This document shows positions 52,095 to 64,000 of a DNA stretch of 64,000 nucleotides, piece after piece. Numbering within the stretch: position 1 is the stretch's first letter; each line of letters opens with the position of its first letter. The position numbers were made by a program, and so were the translations under genes. Where the stretch lies: NCBI RefSeq assembly GCF_006345805.1, contig NC_042997.1:73656001-73720000 (forward strand), in the 5' to 3' direction. Source of the DNA: Octopus sinensis. Lineage: Eukaryota. Below the pieces are notes generated by a model. The model did not search any database. It was given only the letters and a program-made list of their open reading frames with translations, and had not been told where the DNA came from.

Positions 52095-53350
52095 ACATTT
52101 TTTTTATACTTCTATTATTTTTCAAAATTAATATAAACAAAGTTCTTTTCTAATCTAAAATATACACTCCTTCATTTTCTACAATACTCTTCCATCTATC
52201 TAGCAGACTTGCAAGGCTCCTCTTCCAAAATTCACTTATCAGTGACGAAAAATACTCCTCCAGTACTGTTCTCACCTCGTCTACAGAATTCATATTTTTT
52301 CGGTCCAAATGATTTTGAGGACTGCGGAATAAATAATGATCAGATTGAGCAATGTCCGGAAAATATGGTAGGTGGGACATCGTTTCCCATTCAAACTGCT
52401 CCAGCCTTTCGAATATCATCCTCGCTGTATGTGGCCGAACATTATCCTGATGGAAGAACATCTTTCGTCTTGAAATCAAAGATAGTTGTTTTTCTTCTAG
52501 CGCTGACTGCAGCCGCTCAAGCTGCTATCAGTGGATTTCCTTTGTTACCGTTTGGTGTAGGTTTAATAATTCAAAGTGGACTAAACCATTTATATCCTAC
52601 CAAACAGATAACAACACCATATGTGGGTGAAGATTTTCTTTAACCTGGGATGCCGGTGTTTCTCTTTTCCCTATTCACTGTCTACGAATTTGACATTTTT
52701 ATAGAGAACCCATTTCTCGTCACCAGTCACTATTTGGTCCAAAAAGGTTCATTCATGAGACGTGACAGCAAAGAAGAGCACATACTCACTCTCTGTGCCC
52801 AGATAGATTCGGAAAGTTTGTGAGGAACCCAATGACTTTTCTGGTGGCACACAGATGTCGATGTGAGGTTGAATGACCAAATCCAAGCATCTCTGCTAGT
52901 TCCTCAACAGTTACGATTAGATTTTGTTCGACCAGGTTTTGCAGGACGTCCTCGTCGAACTCCACAGATCTTGTGGGATATGACTCGATTTCTAGGCTGT
53001 AGTTTCCGGCTCGGAATTTATGGAGCCACCGTTGACACTGGCTTACGCTTACTGTCCGATCCCTATATACTGCATTAATATTCCTCACACTTTACGTTGC
53101 ATTGTTGTTTTTATTGAACTCATAAAGCAAGATAAGCTGCATATACTCCTTTGTCACTTCCATTATAGCTTTGAAAGAAATTACTGTTAAAATCGAACTG
53201 CACTCTTCAACACTCGCACTAAGAAGAAGGAAAAGATAAAATTACTACCTGCTTTTCTAGTAAGTTGATGCACATAATTTATCCCACCCCTCTCCGATTT
53301 TTAGTTCATGTAATTGAAAAAAAACGCATTATTTATGGGATGACCCAATA
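52095..53350 (-). mobile_element. Mariner (Tc1/mariner) DNA transposon, inactive; one TIR
   Basis: HTH region TVSVSQCQRW..KFRAG..VEELAE..HSTSHRHL; catalytic HQDNVRPH..HLPYFPDIAQSDHYLF..DRWKSIVENEGVYI; TA + TTGGGTCATCCCATAAATAATGCG TIR-like end at 53325-53350; other end not found. Confidence 0.88.
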
Positions 53351-53555
53351 CACACATACACATAAATCAAAGTTAAGACAAAACGAACATAACAAGTGGA
53401 AATTAAACACAACATACGGAAAATAGACGATGACAAAATAAAACCGCAAACAGGACAGAAACAAAATACACGGACCATTCGCCTCAGATTTCCTCTTCAG
53501 TCGGTTTCCAGAAAGTTATTGTCTCGCATTCGTTTATATATACTGGTCAATCCCA

Positions 53556-53620
<65 letters not shown>

Positions 53621-53949
53621 TTTTATAATAGATCAGTAAGTATATTAATGTTATTAATTTACGGGTATGTTATTTGGATAAATATTAATTAGTACTATTT
53701 ACAAAATCTTTTTCTAGACCTATTGGCAAATCCCGTTATACTAAATTACTTATTTTATTTTTTATTATTTATACACCCAGTTGCTCCTCACGAAAGATTA
53801 ACCCACCAATTAATTTTCTAGCTTAGTCATTTGCTCAACGATTTGAAGAGTTACACTGCAAAATAGTATGATTCGAATATATTAAGCCTTCTTTCCTTCC
53901 TCATCTCGAGGCCCTTTTCTTTTCTCTTCTCTTTTTGATCATATCGTTA

Positions 53950-53990
53950 TTTCCCGACGAACGGGAACGTGAAACTCTGAGTAACATCTT
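53950..53990 (+). ncRNA. Degenerate hammerhead-like motif in a PLE-type terminal segment
   Basis: CCGACGA acg ggaa cgt GAAAC tctga GTA; stem I does not pair. The downstream aataaagcatattactctacc..ctctggtatata segment recurs at about 36748-36830, and the same stem II occurs on minus at 36501-36522. Confidence 0.33.
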
Positions 53991-54098
53991 TTGTTATATT
54001 TCTACTACTTCTAAATAAAGCATATTACTCTACCTCTGGTATTTGAGTACTCTTTTTTCCACCTTGTTTCACATTAATATGCTTACTCTGGTATATAT

Positions 54099-54140
<42 letters not shown>

Positions 54141-54324
54141 ATATCAATTACGTAGAAAATGCAGAAAATTATTGATCAACAAACAACTTGATTATTATAT
54201 TTTTAATACAAAGTTTTAACGACACCCAGTGCAGCCAAAGAAAACACTGCGAATATTATAGCACATCCCACCTCCTACATGGAGTTTCATCAGAGTGAAG
54301 AAAAATACATTATTTCAAATGTCT

Positions 54325-54975
54325 TTTGTTTGTAGTTTGATCGTAGGTGATCTACTTCACCTACGATCAAACTTCTAGCATATGGCTGACCACATAGTGG
54401 TTTTTGGCATTTTGAATATACACATCTATTAGAATTTTCTCTGATTTTTCAGATTTTTGTATGCTAGGCTACTGATTTTAAATCGATATTAATTAAATTA
54501 ATTTCAATTTATCTCCCTCATTATTTAAATGCTAAAATAAATATGTTCTCTAATAGGCAGCATTAACTGCAGTAAATTATTTACTGCAGATTTTGCTTCC
54601 GGAATTTAGCTCGCCATAACTCAGACATTTGAAATTAACCCCAATGTAATCGGTGGAACTAAGCACGTGTCTGTTTTATACAGAAAACTGGTGGTTAGTT
54701 TTACAAATTATATTGTTTGTGGAACGATCGTACTGACGAGCCCTACGGACGAAGGGATTACGTAAGTGATTTATTCGTTAATAGGCAAAACCGCCGGTCT
54801 GCGATTAATTCTTGTTTTTTTATATAATTTTCATCTGTCTTGCCCGCATATTGTTCTGGTGTCCGCTGAATTTTTCTCTAGAGAACAATCTTTTCTTTGT
54901 AGTTTGATCGTAGGTGATCTACTTCTAGCATGTGGCTGACCACATAGTGATTTTTGGCCGTTTAAATACACACAA
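54325..54975 (+). repeat. Direct repeat of about 85 bp (54325-54422 and 54891-54975); first copy has a templated inverted insertion
   Basis: Both read tgtagtttgatcgtaggtgatctact..tctagca..tggctgaccacatagtg.tttttggc; copy 1 has an extra tcacctacgatcaaact (54357-54373). Confidence 0.9.
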
Positions 54976-55082
54976 GTATTATATATATATATATAAGACA
55001 ATAAAAGAATGAAAGAGACCTCGATATTACGTAAATAGAGGAATTTATCTGTAATATAAATTATTCGGTTGCCATAATAAAA

Positions 55083-55143
55083 CTCCGACCGAGTTTCGAA
55101 TTTCGGGGCGGAAACCTGCTCCGGCATCTCGTCAGTTATAGAG
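55083..55143 (-). ncRNA. Hammerhead-like motif (core intact, stem I displaced)
   Basis: Minus: ctct ataa CTGACGA ga..cgga..tccg..tc GAAAC tcg GTC ggag; stem I pairs only if ataa is looped out. Confidence 0.35.
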
Positions 55144-56036
55144 GCAGTCAAAGAATACTATGAAAATGACCGTTAAACAAAGGGAAATTACTATGTAATT
55201 GCCCATTATTAAGACAAAAGAGCTATTAGAATGACCGTTAAATAAGGGGGAGAACCGAAGGGAGTAAAGTAAAAAGTAAAGAAGTCAAAATGCTCATAGC
55301 AATCGCGTATGCACGCATGTACTTACATACACATTCCCGCACGCACACCCACGTACATGTGCTGAATCAGTTTGTAATTGATAGTTACATGCTTGATTGA
55401 CGATGCGCACTCTTCATGCGCCCTTAATTAAATACAGTTCCAAAGCTAACTTAAACGTGTGTGTGTGCATTCGTGTGAGTGTGTGCATTCGTGTGAGTGT
55501 GCGCATTCGTGTGAGTGCGCGCGCATGCGTGCTTGTGTGGGTGTGGTTGTGTGTATACCAGATAACATTCCAGAAGTAGAAAACATTAAGCATTATACTA
55601 GCCAAATGAGATTATCTATTGAGCCAGTCATGCAATATCAATTTATCTAATCACCATACACCATGAACCCAAAACCTAGATTCACAAACAAGCATATCAA
55701 ACATATGTTCCCATTGTCATCTGCCTAACGGTTACACATCGGTTACAACACCGTTAAAGACGTAAATCGTTCCGGTGAATCAATAATCAAGCAGCAGAAG
55801 CGAAAGATTAGCGTAGTACGCCCATTGCGCAAACAACTGCTTATCATTATAAATAGCATCAAATACAAACAAAATAATATTGACTTATAGGTACAAATCT
55901 AGAAATTAAAAATAGTATCTATAAAACAAATTCCTCACACAAAGGACATTGCGATCCCTAAAGTTATAGTACAAAATAGCACACACACACTCACACACAC
56001 ACATACACACATATATATGAGAGCTCTGTATATATA

Positions 56037-56072
<36 letters not shown>

Positions 56073-57134
56073 TAAAATGTGTGTGTGTGTGTGTATGTGG
56101 ACGTACGTCTTCGTTCAGAGATCAAATAACAAACCCGAGTTAATATCTTAGACCGAACATTACTATTCATTTGTACCATTAGTTTTGCAAGATGCTTGGT
56201 GAATAGTACTACAACCAAAAAGTATGATAAACTATCGTTTTTTAAGCTGATACTATGACAAATTGCCTTTTTCTCTGATATTGCTGTACGAGCGTAAGTG
56301 CAATCGATTTCTGTTACATTGTGACACAACAGAGTGACGTAAGCGTGCCTCTTGAGTCTACCGACTCTACGGGGGGAAATGCTGTAATAGAACGTTGGTA
56401 GCCTTTTAACAATGTTTAAGAATGTGTAGCTAGTGTTAACGTTATGTTCATTAAAATGCTTACGGTAATTATTAATGTTGAGAAAATTCTGTAAATGTAA
56501 GAAGAAAATTGTAGCTACATTAGTGGAAGTATCAATGTTGTATAAAGTATTGAATCAGATTATCAATGTCTTTCCAAATCTTTGGGGTCGCAGGGCGGAA
56601 CCCTCCATATACACTGATTTTTCGCTAAAGTCCATCTCTGCTTATTCCCCGTTGTAATAGGCTACGATCCTGTTGAAGATCTCACTAGTCACTTGATTCC
56701 CATTTATAGCTAGGGTTGCTGGAGTGCGTAGGAGTTTTCGCGTTAAGCTTTCCATAGAGATATTATTTGTCAGTCTGGAGATCTAGTGTGATATGCAAGA
56801 ATTCAAATTATTTGAAATGTTAAATATATCTTTGAATATATATCTGCAAAAGCAGAAATATAGTAACATTTGGCAAGAAGTGTCTTCCCTTCCGGTCATT
56901 CTAAATGTGACCGCGAGTGTACCGTCGGCGATTTTTTTCCTCCGTCTTCCCTTCTTTGGATCTTTTCTTTTCCTATGCTTCTGACAAAGAGCTCCGCTTG
57001 AAACGTTAAATTCACCTTCTTTCCTTCTTTCCTGAGCGTCCAATAACACTATACTTGTTCCACGTCCTCACGTTGTTGTGTTTTCTCTTTGTGTTTTCAT
57101 GTTTGGATTAACTTTATATATATATGTATACACG

Positions 57135-57485
57135 TTGATATTTTGATAGGTTTCGGCTAGTAGTGGCCCAGGCCACGTCTAACTTAAAAGCACCACCTGG
57201 CGAATTCATTCAAATCAAGAATCGGACAACATAGCCCACTCGGGTAGAGAGTTATTGTTTACAGAGACATATCCGAGTGTAGGAGGTTTATCCGGGATAT
57301 CTTGAAGGAATTTGTCCAAAGAATTCTTGAACATCATGGGGTCTATTTCTGCTTTAATGTGTTTTGGTGTAATGTTACAGAGAGTGGGGCCAATTGAAGT
57401 GAAATAATTGTGCCGTAGTGTTACTATGTGATGGAAATATGATTTATGTCGTGGGCGGATAGCACGGGGCCCAAGACTTGGGTGT
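57135..57485 (-). mobile_element. CR1/L2-type LINE 3' end
   Basis: RHNYFTSIGPTLCNITPK..FKNSLDKFLQDIPDKPPTLGYVSVNNNSLPEW, then a short 3' UTR (ccaggtggtgc..cctggg..ccgaaacctatcaa). Confidence 0.7.
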
Positions 57486-57554
57486 ATCTTAAAGATGATA
57501 TATATATACATATATAAATGCACACATACTTATATATATATATACCATTTTAAT

Positions 57555-57985
57555 AGAACCCCCTGTACTGATAGGAAATGTATTGTATGAAGAGTTAGCC
57601 CACAAAGAAACTGTAACGCTAGGTATGTAGTCTACAGAACAAGATGTATAAAGAGACGGTGCAAAAATAAGACAACAACATACATAAGGGAGAGAGCACG
57701 TAGCATAGGAGAGCGGATTAATGAGCATTGGAGAGAACTCAAGGAAGAGAAGAACTCATCGGTGCTGTACCAACACACAGAGCGGGAACACAAGGACTCT
57801 ATCAACAACATAGAATTAAATATCTTGTCCCCACATAGAACGGACGCAACGCTTAGACAAATTACGGAAGCTACACACATAATAGGGAATAATTAATATA
57901 ATGAAATAAAACTGACGCAAGCGAACACCAAGTAAATAGTGCGTGTGTTTTCTTTGGCTAAACTGGCTACATGACCATCCAAAAA
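57555..57985 (+). pseudogene. PLE GIY-YIG fragment plus tail, same family as 3085-5490
   Basis: NCNARYVVY..CIKRRCKNKTTTYIRERARSIGERINEHWRELKE..HRTDATLRQITEA; 57910-57985 matches the reverse complement of 2535-2620. Confidence 0.85.
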
Positions 57986-58005
57986 TTACAACAATATATA
58001 TGTGT

Positions 58006-58066
<61 letters not shown>

Positions 58067-58696
58067 GCGATAGATAGATACATAGATATATAGATAGATA
58101 GACAGATATATAGATAGATAGACAGATATATAGATAGATAGATAAAAGGAGTCAAACATCTTTTTATATAGGCAGTTCTTCATCTCAGTTGTCCAAAAGA
58201 ATATCTAATCATTGCTCTACATTTAGGCATATCAATAAACGTAACAATACTGGGCTTAGTAAATTAATTTGGTATCTAAATGCTCATAATAAATATTGTG
58301 ATTTGGAATGGAATATTCTCTCTATATCTTTTCTGTATGATAAAGGTAAATATTTTTGTCCGCTTTGTAACAGTGAAATACATTTCATCCTGTTCTCAGA
58401 GAATCCTCTTGTAAACACGTTTATAGAACGTGTTTATCGTTGCAAACATTGGCAGAAACATGCCTTTAGTTCGTATAAGTGATTTCTACAATTCTAAAAA
58501 ATTTGACCTTTGACTGTCTTCTTACATTTCACTTCCACTAAATATATCTACTTCCATGCCTTTAAGCGTTATTCCTATTCACCTATCGCTATATTAGTTT
58601 TCTGCTCATTTCTTTCTTTCTCCTCCTTCTCTTTCTATAAACTACCTTTGACGTTATATCTACTAAAATGTCTTATTGGCGTGTTTTGTTTCTTTC

Positions 58697-58785
58697 TTTC
58701 CCTGATAAGAAGATTGTATTGTTTTACACCATTTTATTCTTTCTGGAATAATACCAATGTTTTATTCGAAACATATGTCAGAAGT
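58697..58785 (+). ncRNA. Hammerhead in 5' pLTR, core mutated (CTGATAA)
   Basis: CTGATAA 58702-58708; 59-nt stem II region closed by gaa/ttc; GAAA 58768-58771; palindromic ACATATGT; GTC 58777-58779. Confidence 0.45.
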
Positions 58786-59462
58786 AACAAGATTTGAATA
58801 GCACCTGCGTTTATTTTCCTTTCTTTATCAATATTATACAAAAACATTCCACCTTAATCTGGAGTTTCTACCTTTATAAATAGGCTGTTACATCCTTGTT
58901 ACTTGTGTGAATATTTACTACCCTGGTTACTATTTATTTTTTTCCTTGTTATTTGTAAACATTGAGAAAGTACACATACATTTATATACACTTCAAACAG
59001 GTTTCCATATATCCTACTAATAAAATAGTTATCACATATGGAGTTATTTGATACAAACGCATCTCTTAAGGATTCACCTATTCCCCCAAGGAAGGTTTTC
59101 CTTAAGCAACTCATTAGTAAGACAATCTCCTTTATTAACCGTATTAGATGACTTGCCATTTTCTTCCACAATAAATACACTAAACAGCCCTCTATCGATC
59201 TAACTTCTGAATTCAAAAAATTGTTTAAATCTAAAAACAATCCTCCACCTAACCCAAGATTGAGACAGTTTGAAGACGATGTGAACTTCTACCTTTCACC
59301 CTTAAGGAATAAACATCAGAGATATCTTCACAATACCACCAAAGAAATTCATAGTCTGGATGGGATACTGGTTCAATCAGATAAAACAGGAAACCTATAC
59401 AGGCTTACCAAGGTCAATTACCTAGAATTGCTTAGAAAAAAAATACAAAAATATTATAGGAT

Positions 59463-59655
59463 TCTTTTCTACTCTAGGTGCAAGGCCCGAAATTTTGGGG
59501 GACTCCAGTACACAACTGGTACTTAATTTATCGAACCCGAAAGGATAAAATACAAAGTCGACCTTGGCGTAATTTGAACTCAGAACGTAAAGACAGACGA
59601 AATATCGCTAAGCATTTCGCCCGGCGTGCTAACGTTCCTGCCAGCTCGCCGCCTT
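59463..59655 (-). mobile_element. SINE family B inserted in the PLE ORF
   Basis: aaggcggcgagctggcaggaacgttagcacgccgggcgaaatgcttagc head; the PLE reading KKIQKYYRI resumes after it as KITGKSAI. Confidence 0.88.
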
Positions 59656-59737
59656 AAAAGAATTTTAAGATTACCGGTAAAAGTGCAATCAGGTAAGCCA
59701 ACCTCGAAGCTAAGAAAATTATGGGGAAATATAAGTT

Positions 59738-60896
59738 AAGTTAAGTTAAGTTTTTGGCTCAAAAAGCAAAAAGCAAGGCCATGTAGGGGGACATGGAGTT
59801 ATGTACAGGCAGGGTGTTCATGCAAAGAGTTCAGGCCATTTCTGATCAAGAGAGACTTTGAAACGAGCGGTCGTCGGCATCTTCACTATCTCGTCCGGCA
59901 GCTTATTCCACGGATCCGCAACCCGGACGGAGAAAGCCCCTCTCCTTAGACTGAGATGAAATCGTCGCAGATAGAGCTTTTCGGAGTGACCCCGCAGCCG
60001 ACGCTCTGGAGCAGGAATGAAGAACAGCTCTTTCGAGAGGTTACACTTTCCGCTTATGATGTTGTGAGCAAGAATGAGATCACCACGGCGTCGTCGTTTT
60101 TCTAGAGAATAAAGGTCGAGCGTCTTCAGCCTTTCTTCATAAGACAAATGCTTGAGACCAAGAACCATGCGGGTAGCCAGCTTCAGGACTCTTTCGAGAT
60201 GATGTATGTCTTTGATGAGATAAGGAGAAGATGCTTGAATCCCGTACTCCAATATGGGTCTCACCAGCGTGACATAGAGCGGTAGGAATATGGCTGCTGT
60301 GAGCATTCCGAATGACCGTCGAATCAAAAACAGAACTCCGCGTGCTTTGTTGGCAGCATGGACGCACTGGGCCGAAGGCGAATAGGAAGAATTCACCAAG
60401 ATTTACCTGGTCGGTCCTCTCCAGCAGCAGACGACCCGGTTCGAAATCAAGTTGAGTTGCAGGAGAGGAGCCAACAGGCAGATGAGAGCACTTTGACATG
60501 TTCAGACACAGGTCCCATTCGTTAGACCATCTCCAAACTTGGTGGAGGCATCGACGAAGATCATCTATAACACCGCGAGGAACGACCAGTTTGACATCAT
60601 CGGCAAATAGAAGGGTGTGTTGCGCGAGGTCGTCGGGCAAGTCATTTATGAAGACTAAAAACAGTAAGGGCCCAAGCACTGAACCTTGAGGCACGCCACT
60701 GCTCGCACTGAAGACGTCGGACAGCGAACCATTAACTTGGACTTAGAAGGAGCGATCTGAGAGGAAGGCACCAACCGATCGTACAATGTCCGGATAGAAA
60801 CTATATGCTTGAAGCTTGACAAGTAATAGGCGGTGGTTAACCGAGTCAAAAGCTTTGGCAAAGTCCAATAAAACGATGTCAACAGCATCACCATGA
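59738..60896 (-). mobile_element. Young 5'-truncated CR1 LINE with (AACTT)n tail, inserted in the PLE ORF
   Basis: LDFAKAFDSVNH, GVPQGSVLGPLLFLVFINDLP, LFADDVKL, VRPILEYG, LEKRRRRGDLI, FSVRVADPWNKLP; few disablements; 3' UTR then tandem tail. Confidence 0.93.
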
Positions 60897-62985
60897 TTTA
60901 CAGATGAAGACAGAAGCCCTTGATCATAAACAACCTCGTTTTATTTTAAGAGATCACAAACACTTTTTTAATAACCCAATCTTACGAATTATTTGTCCTT
61001 CTAGCTCTGACATCGGTGTACTTAGCAAATATATTCTAGATAAATATATTCCTATCTTAGTTTAAAAAATTAATGCTTAATGTATGGTCTAATTCGTTCC
61101 AAGTGGTCGACTGGTTTAATTCTATTCATAACAAGAAGTGCACTAAGATTATCCTGTTTGCCACTTCCTGTTTCTATTCCTCTATCAACCCAATCGTACT
61201 CAACAAGACACTATGGCTCGCTCACAATAAAGTAGGTCTCACCAGGGATGAAATGAATGTCGTGTTAGACGCCAGAAAATCTATTAAATTCGATAGCAAG
61301 CTTTGGTATCCGGAAAGATACACCTGACAGCTTTGATGTCACGATGGGAAGTTCTGATTCAGCACATATCGCTGATTTCGTCTATATATATATCCTTTAT
61401 GAGATGGCTGATCAAGTCCCAAACATCAGTAATGATTGTCAACTCTACCTTCAAAATGCTTCTAACCAAAAATTCCAATGGGTTAAGAATAGCTTAGTTA
61501 AATTTTTCCGAAACATGGGCTTAAGCATTTGTTTTGACGATAATATAACTAAAGCCAACTTTTTGGATATTACCCTTAATTTGCATAATGATTCATATTT
61601 CCCATACCATAAACCCTCAACTAATTAAAAATATATTAGGTCTTTCAGTAATCACTCTAGGGCTATTGCAAAGAATTTAGTTAGGAATATTTCACTTTCT
61701 AGATACCCTACTAATGTTGATATCTTCAACGATAAAGCTGAATTTTATAACTCTGCATTACTTAAAGCAAGCTATAAAGAAAACTTCCCTATATTAACCC
61801 TATTGACATTAATTCTACCTCTATTAATGAGGACATGAAATCAAGTCATAACGATATTAACAATATTATTTCTTTTCGAATAACAACGCCAAATTGAGTG
61901 ATGTAATTCTGCAGCGTAAAGGGAGATAACCGTTATTCAAGACCCATTTTCGTTATAAAGGTACATCGAAGACTTTTAAAGATAATTACCCTAATAACAA
62001 GGTATGCACTTTCAAAAGTCTTTGGTTAATAATTCCATATGGTAATCAGATCAAATCCAACCTCCCTTACAAGTTTCGAGAAATTCAAGATATTCGATTA
62101 TTAATTCACACCGAGTCAGGATAGGTTTTACTAGCATAAAAAATATTTCATAAATCATCTCTTTGCATAATAATAAGTTGTTAAAAACAAATCCACTTAA
62201 TGAAAATAGTAACATTGATTTTGTTAACACTAACCATTCTTTAAGTAATAATAGCAGCAGCATTAGTGTTTCTGATGCTGACTCCAATCGCATTCATTTT
62301 CTTAGCAGTGATTCTAAGATTAGAAACTCTAATTATCACTGTAAAATTAATTCCGGTTCTGACGACTATTTTTATATAGGAAGTTCTTCATCTCAGTTGT
62401 CCAAGAGAATATCTAATCATTACTCTACATTTAGACATATCAATAGACGTAACAATACTGGGCTTCGTAAATTAATTTGGTATCTAAAGGATCCTAATAA
62501 ACAATTTGATTTGGAATAGAATATTCTCTCTATATCTTTTCCGTATGATAAAGGTAAATATTTTTGTTCGCTTTATAACAGTGAAATGTATTTCATCAGG
62601 TTCTCAGAAAATCCGCTTGTAAACACGCTTATAGAACGCGTTTATCGTTGCAAACATTCGCAAAAGTATACTTTTAGTTCGTATAAGTGATTTCTACCGT
62701 TTTAAAATATTTGACCTTTGACTGTCTTCTTACATTTCACTTCCACTAAATATATCTACTTCCATGCCTTTAATCTTTATTCTTATTCACCTATTCTCTC
62801 CATATCTATTCACAATTAGTTTTCTGCTCATTTCTTTCTTTCTCCTCCTTCTCTTTCTATAAACTACCTTTGACTTTATATCTACAGGCGGTTTGCTTTT
62901 AAAAAGACTTGCTAGCGCTCCCTTCATCATATACGTCGTCATCGCATTCTGTTAAAAAGTCTTATTGATGTGTTTGGTTTCTTTC

Positions 62986-63069
62986 TTTCCCCGATGAGAA
63001 GATTGCATTGTTTTACACCATTTTATTCCTTCTGGAAACCAATGTTTTATTCGAAACGTAAGTCAGAAG
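62986..63069 (+). ncRNA. Hammerhead in 3' pLTR, core mutated (CCGATGA)
   Basis: CCGATGA 62991-62997; GAAA 63053-63056; GTC 63062-63064; homologous to 58697-58785. Confidence 0.45.
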
Positions 63070-63530
63070 TAACAAGATTTGAGTAACACCTGCGTTTATT
63101 TCCCTTTATTTATCAATATTACATAAAAACATTCCACCTAAACCTGGAGTTTCTACCTTTATAAGTAGGCTGTTACATCCTTGTTACTTGTGCGAATATT
63201 TACTACCCTGGTAACTATTTTTCCGTGTTATTTGTAGACATTGAAAAAAACACAGATTTATATATATATACACACATCCATACATATATACGAATATGTA
63301 TATATATGTATATATATATATCTGCGTGTGTGATTATTTATGTATATATATATGAATATTTATGTATATATATATATATGTATATATATGTACGTATGTA
63401 AATATATATGTATATATATGTGTGTATATAAATATGTATATATATATATGTATATATATGTACGTATGTAAATATATATGTATATATATGTGTGTATATA
63501 AATATGTATATATATATGTATATATGTAGT

Positions 63531-63820
63531 GAAGGCGCATGCCTCAGTGGTTAGAGCATCGAGCATACGATCGTGAGGTTGTGAGTTCGATTCCCGAACA
63601 AAGCTGCGTGTTGTATTCTTCAGCAAGACACTTTATTTCGCGTTGCTCCAACTCACTCAGCTGCCGAAATGAGTTGAGACGTAATGTATCGGCTTTGCCT
63701 TTCCTTTGGATAACATCGGTGGCGTGGAGAGGGGAGGGTAGTATGCCCGGACGTGTTCCTCGGAGGGTCACTTTCCAGGTACAATTCCATGGTCATTCAT
63801 GACCGAAGAGGGTCACACTT
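63531..63820 (+). mobile_element. SINE family D (tRNA-derived)
   Basis: Box A/B-like gcctcagtggttagagc..gagttcgattccc, then tgtattcttcagcaagacacttta; embedded in (TA)n. Confidence 0.75.
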
Positions 63821-63837
63821 TATATATGTATACGTGT

Positions 63838-63915
<78 letters not shown>

Positions 63916-64000
63916 TAATTATATATATATATATATATACATATATGCATATATATATGTGTATATACATATATACATATGCATATATATATACATATAT
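63821..64000. repeat. (TA)n compound microsatellite
   Basis: Directly visible. Confidence 0.95.

Larger units (their letters stand above)
58161..63250 (+). mobile_element. Naiad-type PLE with complete pLTR-body-pLTR layout (decayed, two nested insertions)
   Basis: Direct repeats 58161-58970 and 62369-63250 both start at the FYIG codons of GIY-YIG. Body: [81 protein letters not shown]. Confidence 0.9.

Noticed and set aside
56560-57050. Possible L1/Tx1 ORF1 remnant on minus
   Set aside because: Only loose resemblance (GTLAVTF, VYMEG); not enough to call.
59149-59151. In-frame TGA as possible selenocysteine
   Set aside because: Aligns with Trp (RIKWKA) in the 48.8 kb copy; a simple TGG>TGA change.

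Overview
AT-rich, microsatellite-dense eukaryotic DNA made almost entirely of transposable-element remnants. I found no host gene, rRNA or true tRNA. The SINE families and simple-repeat profile suggest a cephalopod (Octopus-like) genome; this is inference from recalled repeat families, not a database search. The main components are about eight Penelope-like retroelement (PLE) pieces from at least three lineages, one with a complete pLTR-body-pLTR layout at 58.2-63.3 kb, and several type I hammerhead ribozyme motifs in their terminal repeats, one with an intact core at 968-1073. Also present are a Helitron cluster (RepHel remnants plus a co-oriented stack of non-autonomous elements), R4/Dong, L1/Tx1, RTE and CR1 LINEs, a collapsed Ty3/Gypsy element, a mariner transposon and four SINE families. 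The window also has an unusual concentration of perfect or near-perfect inverted duplications between 34 and 55 kb. All alignments and folds were done by eye, so boundaries are approximate unless exact motifs are quoted.
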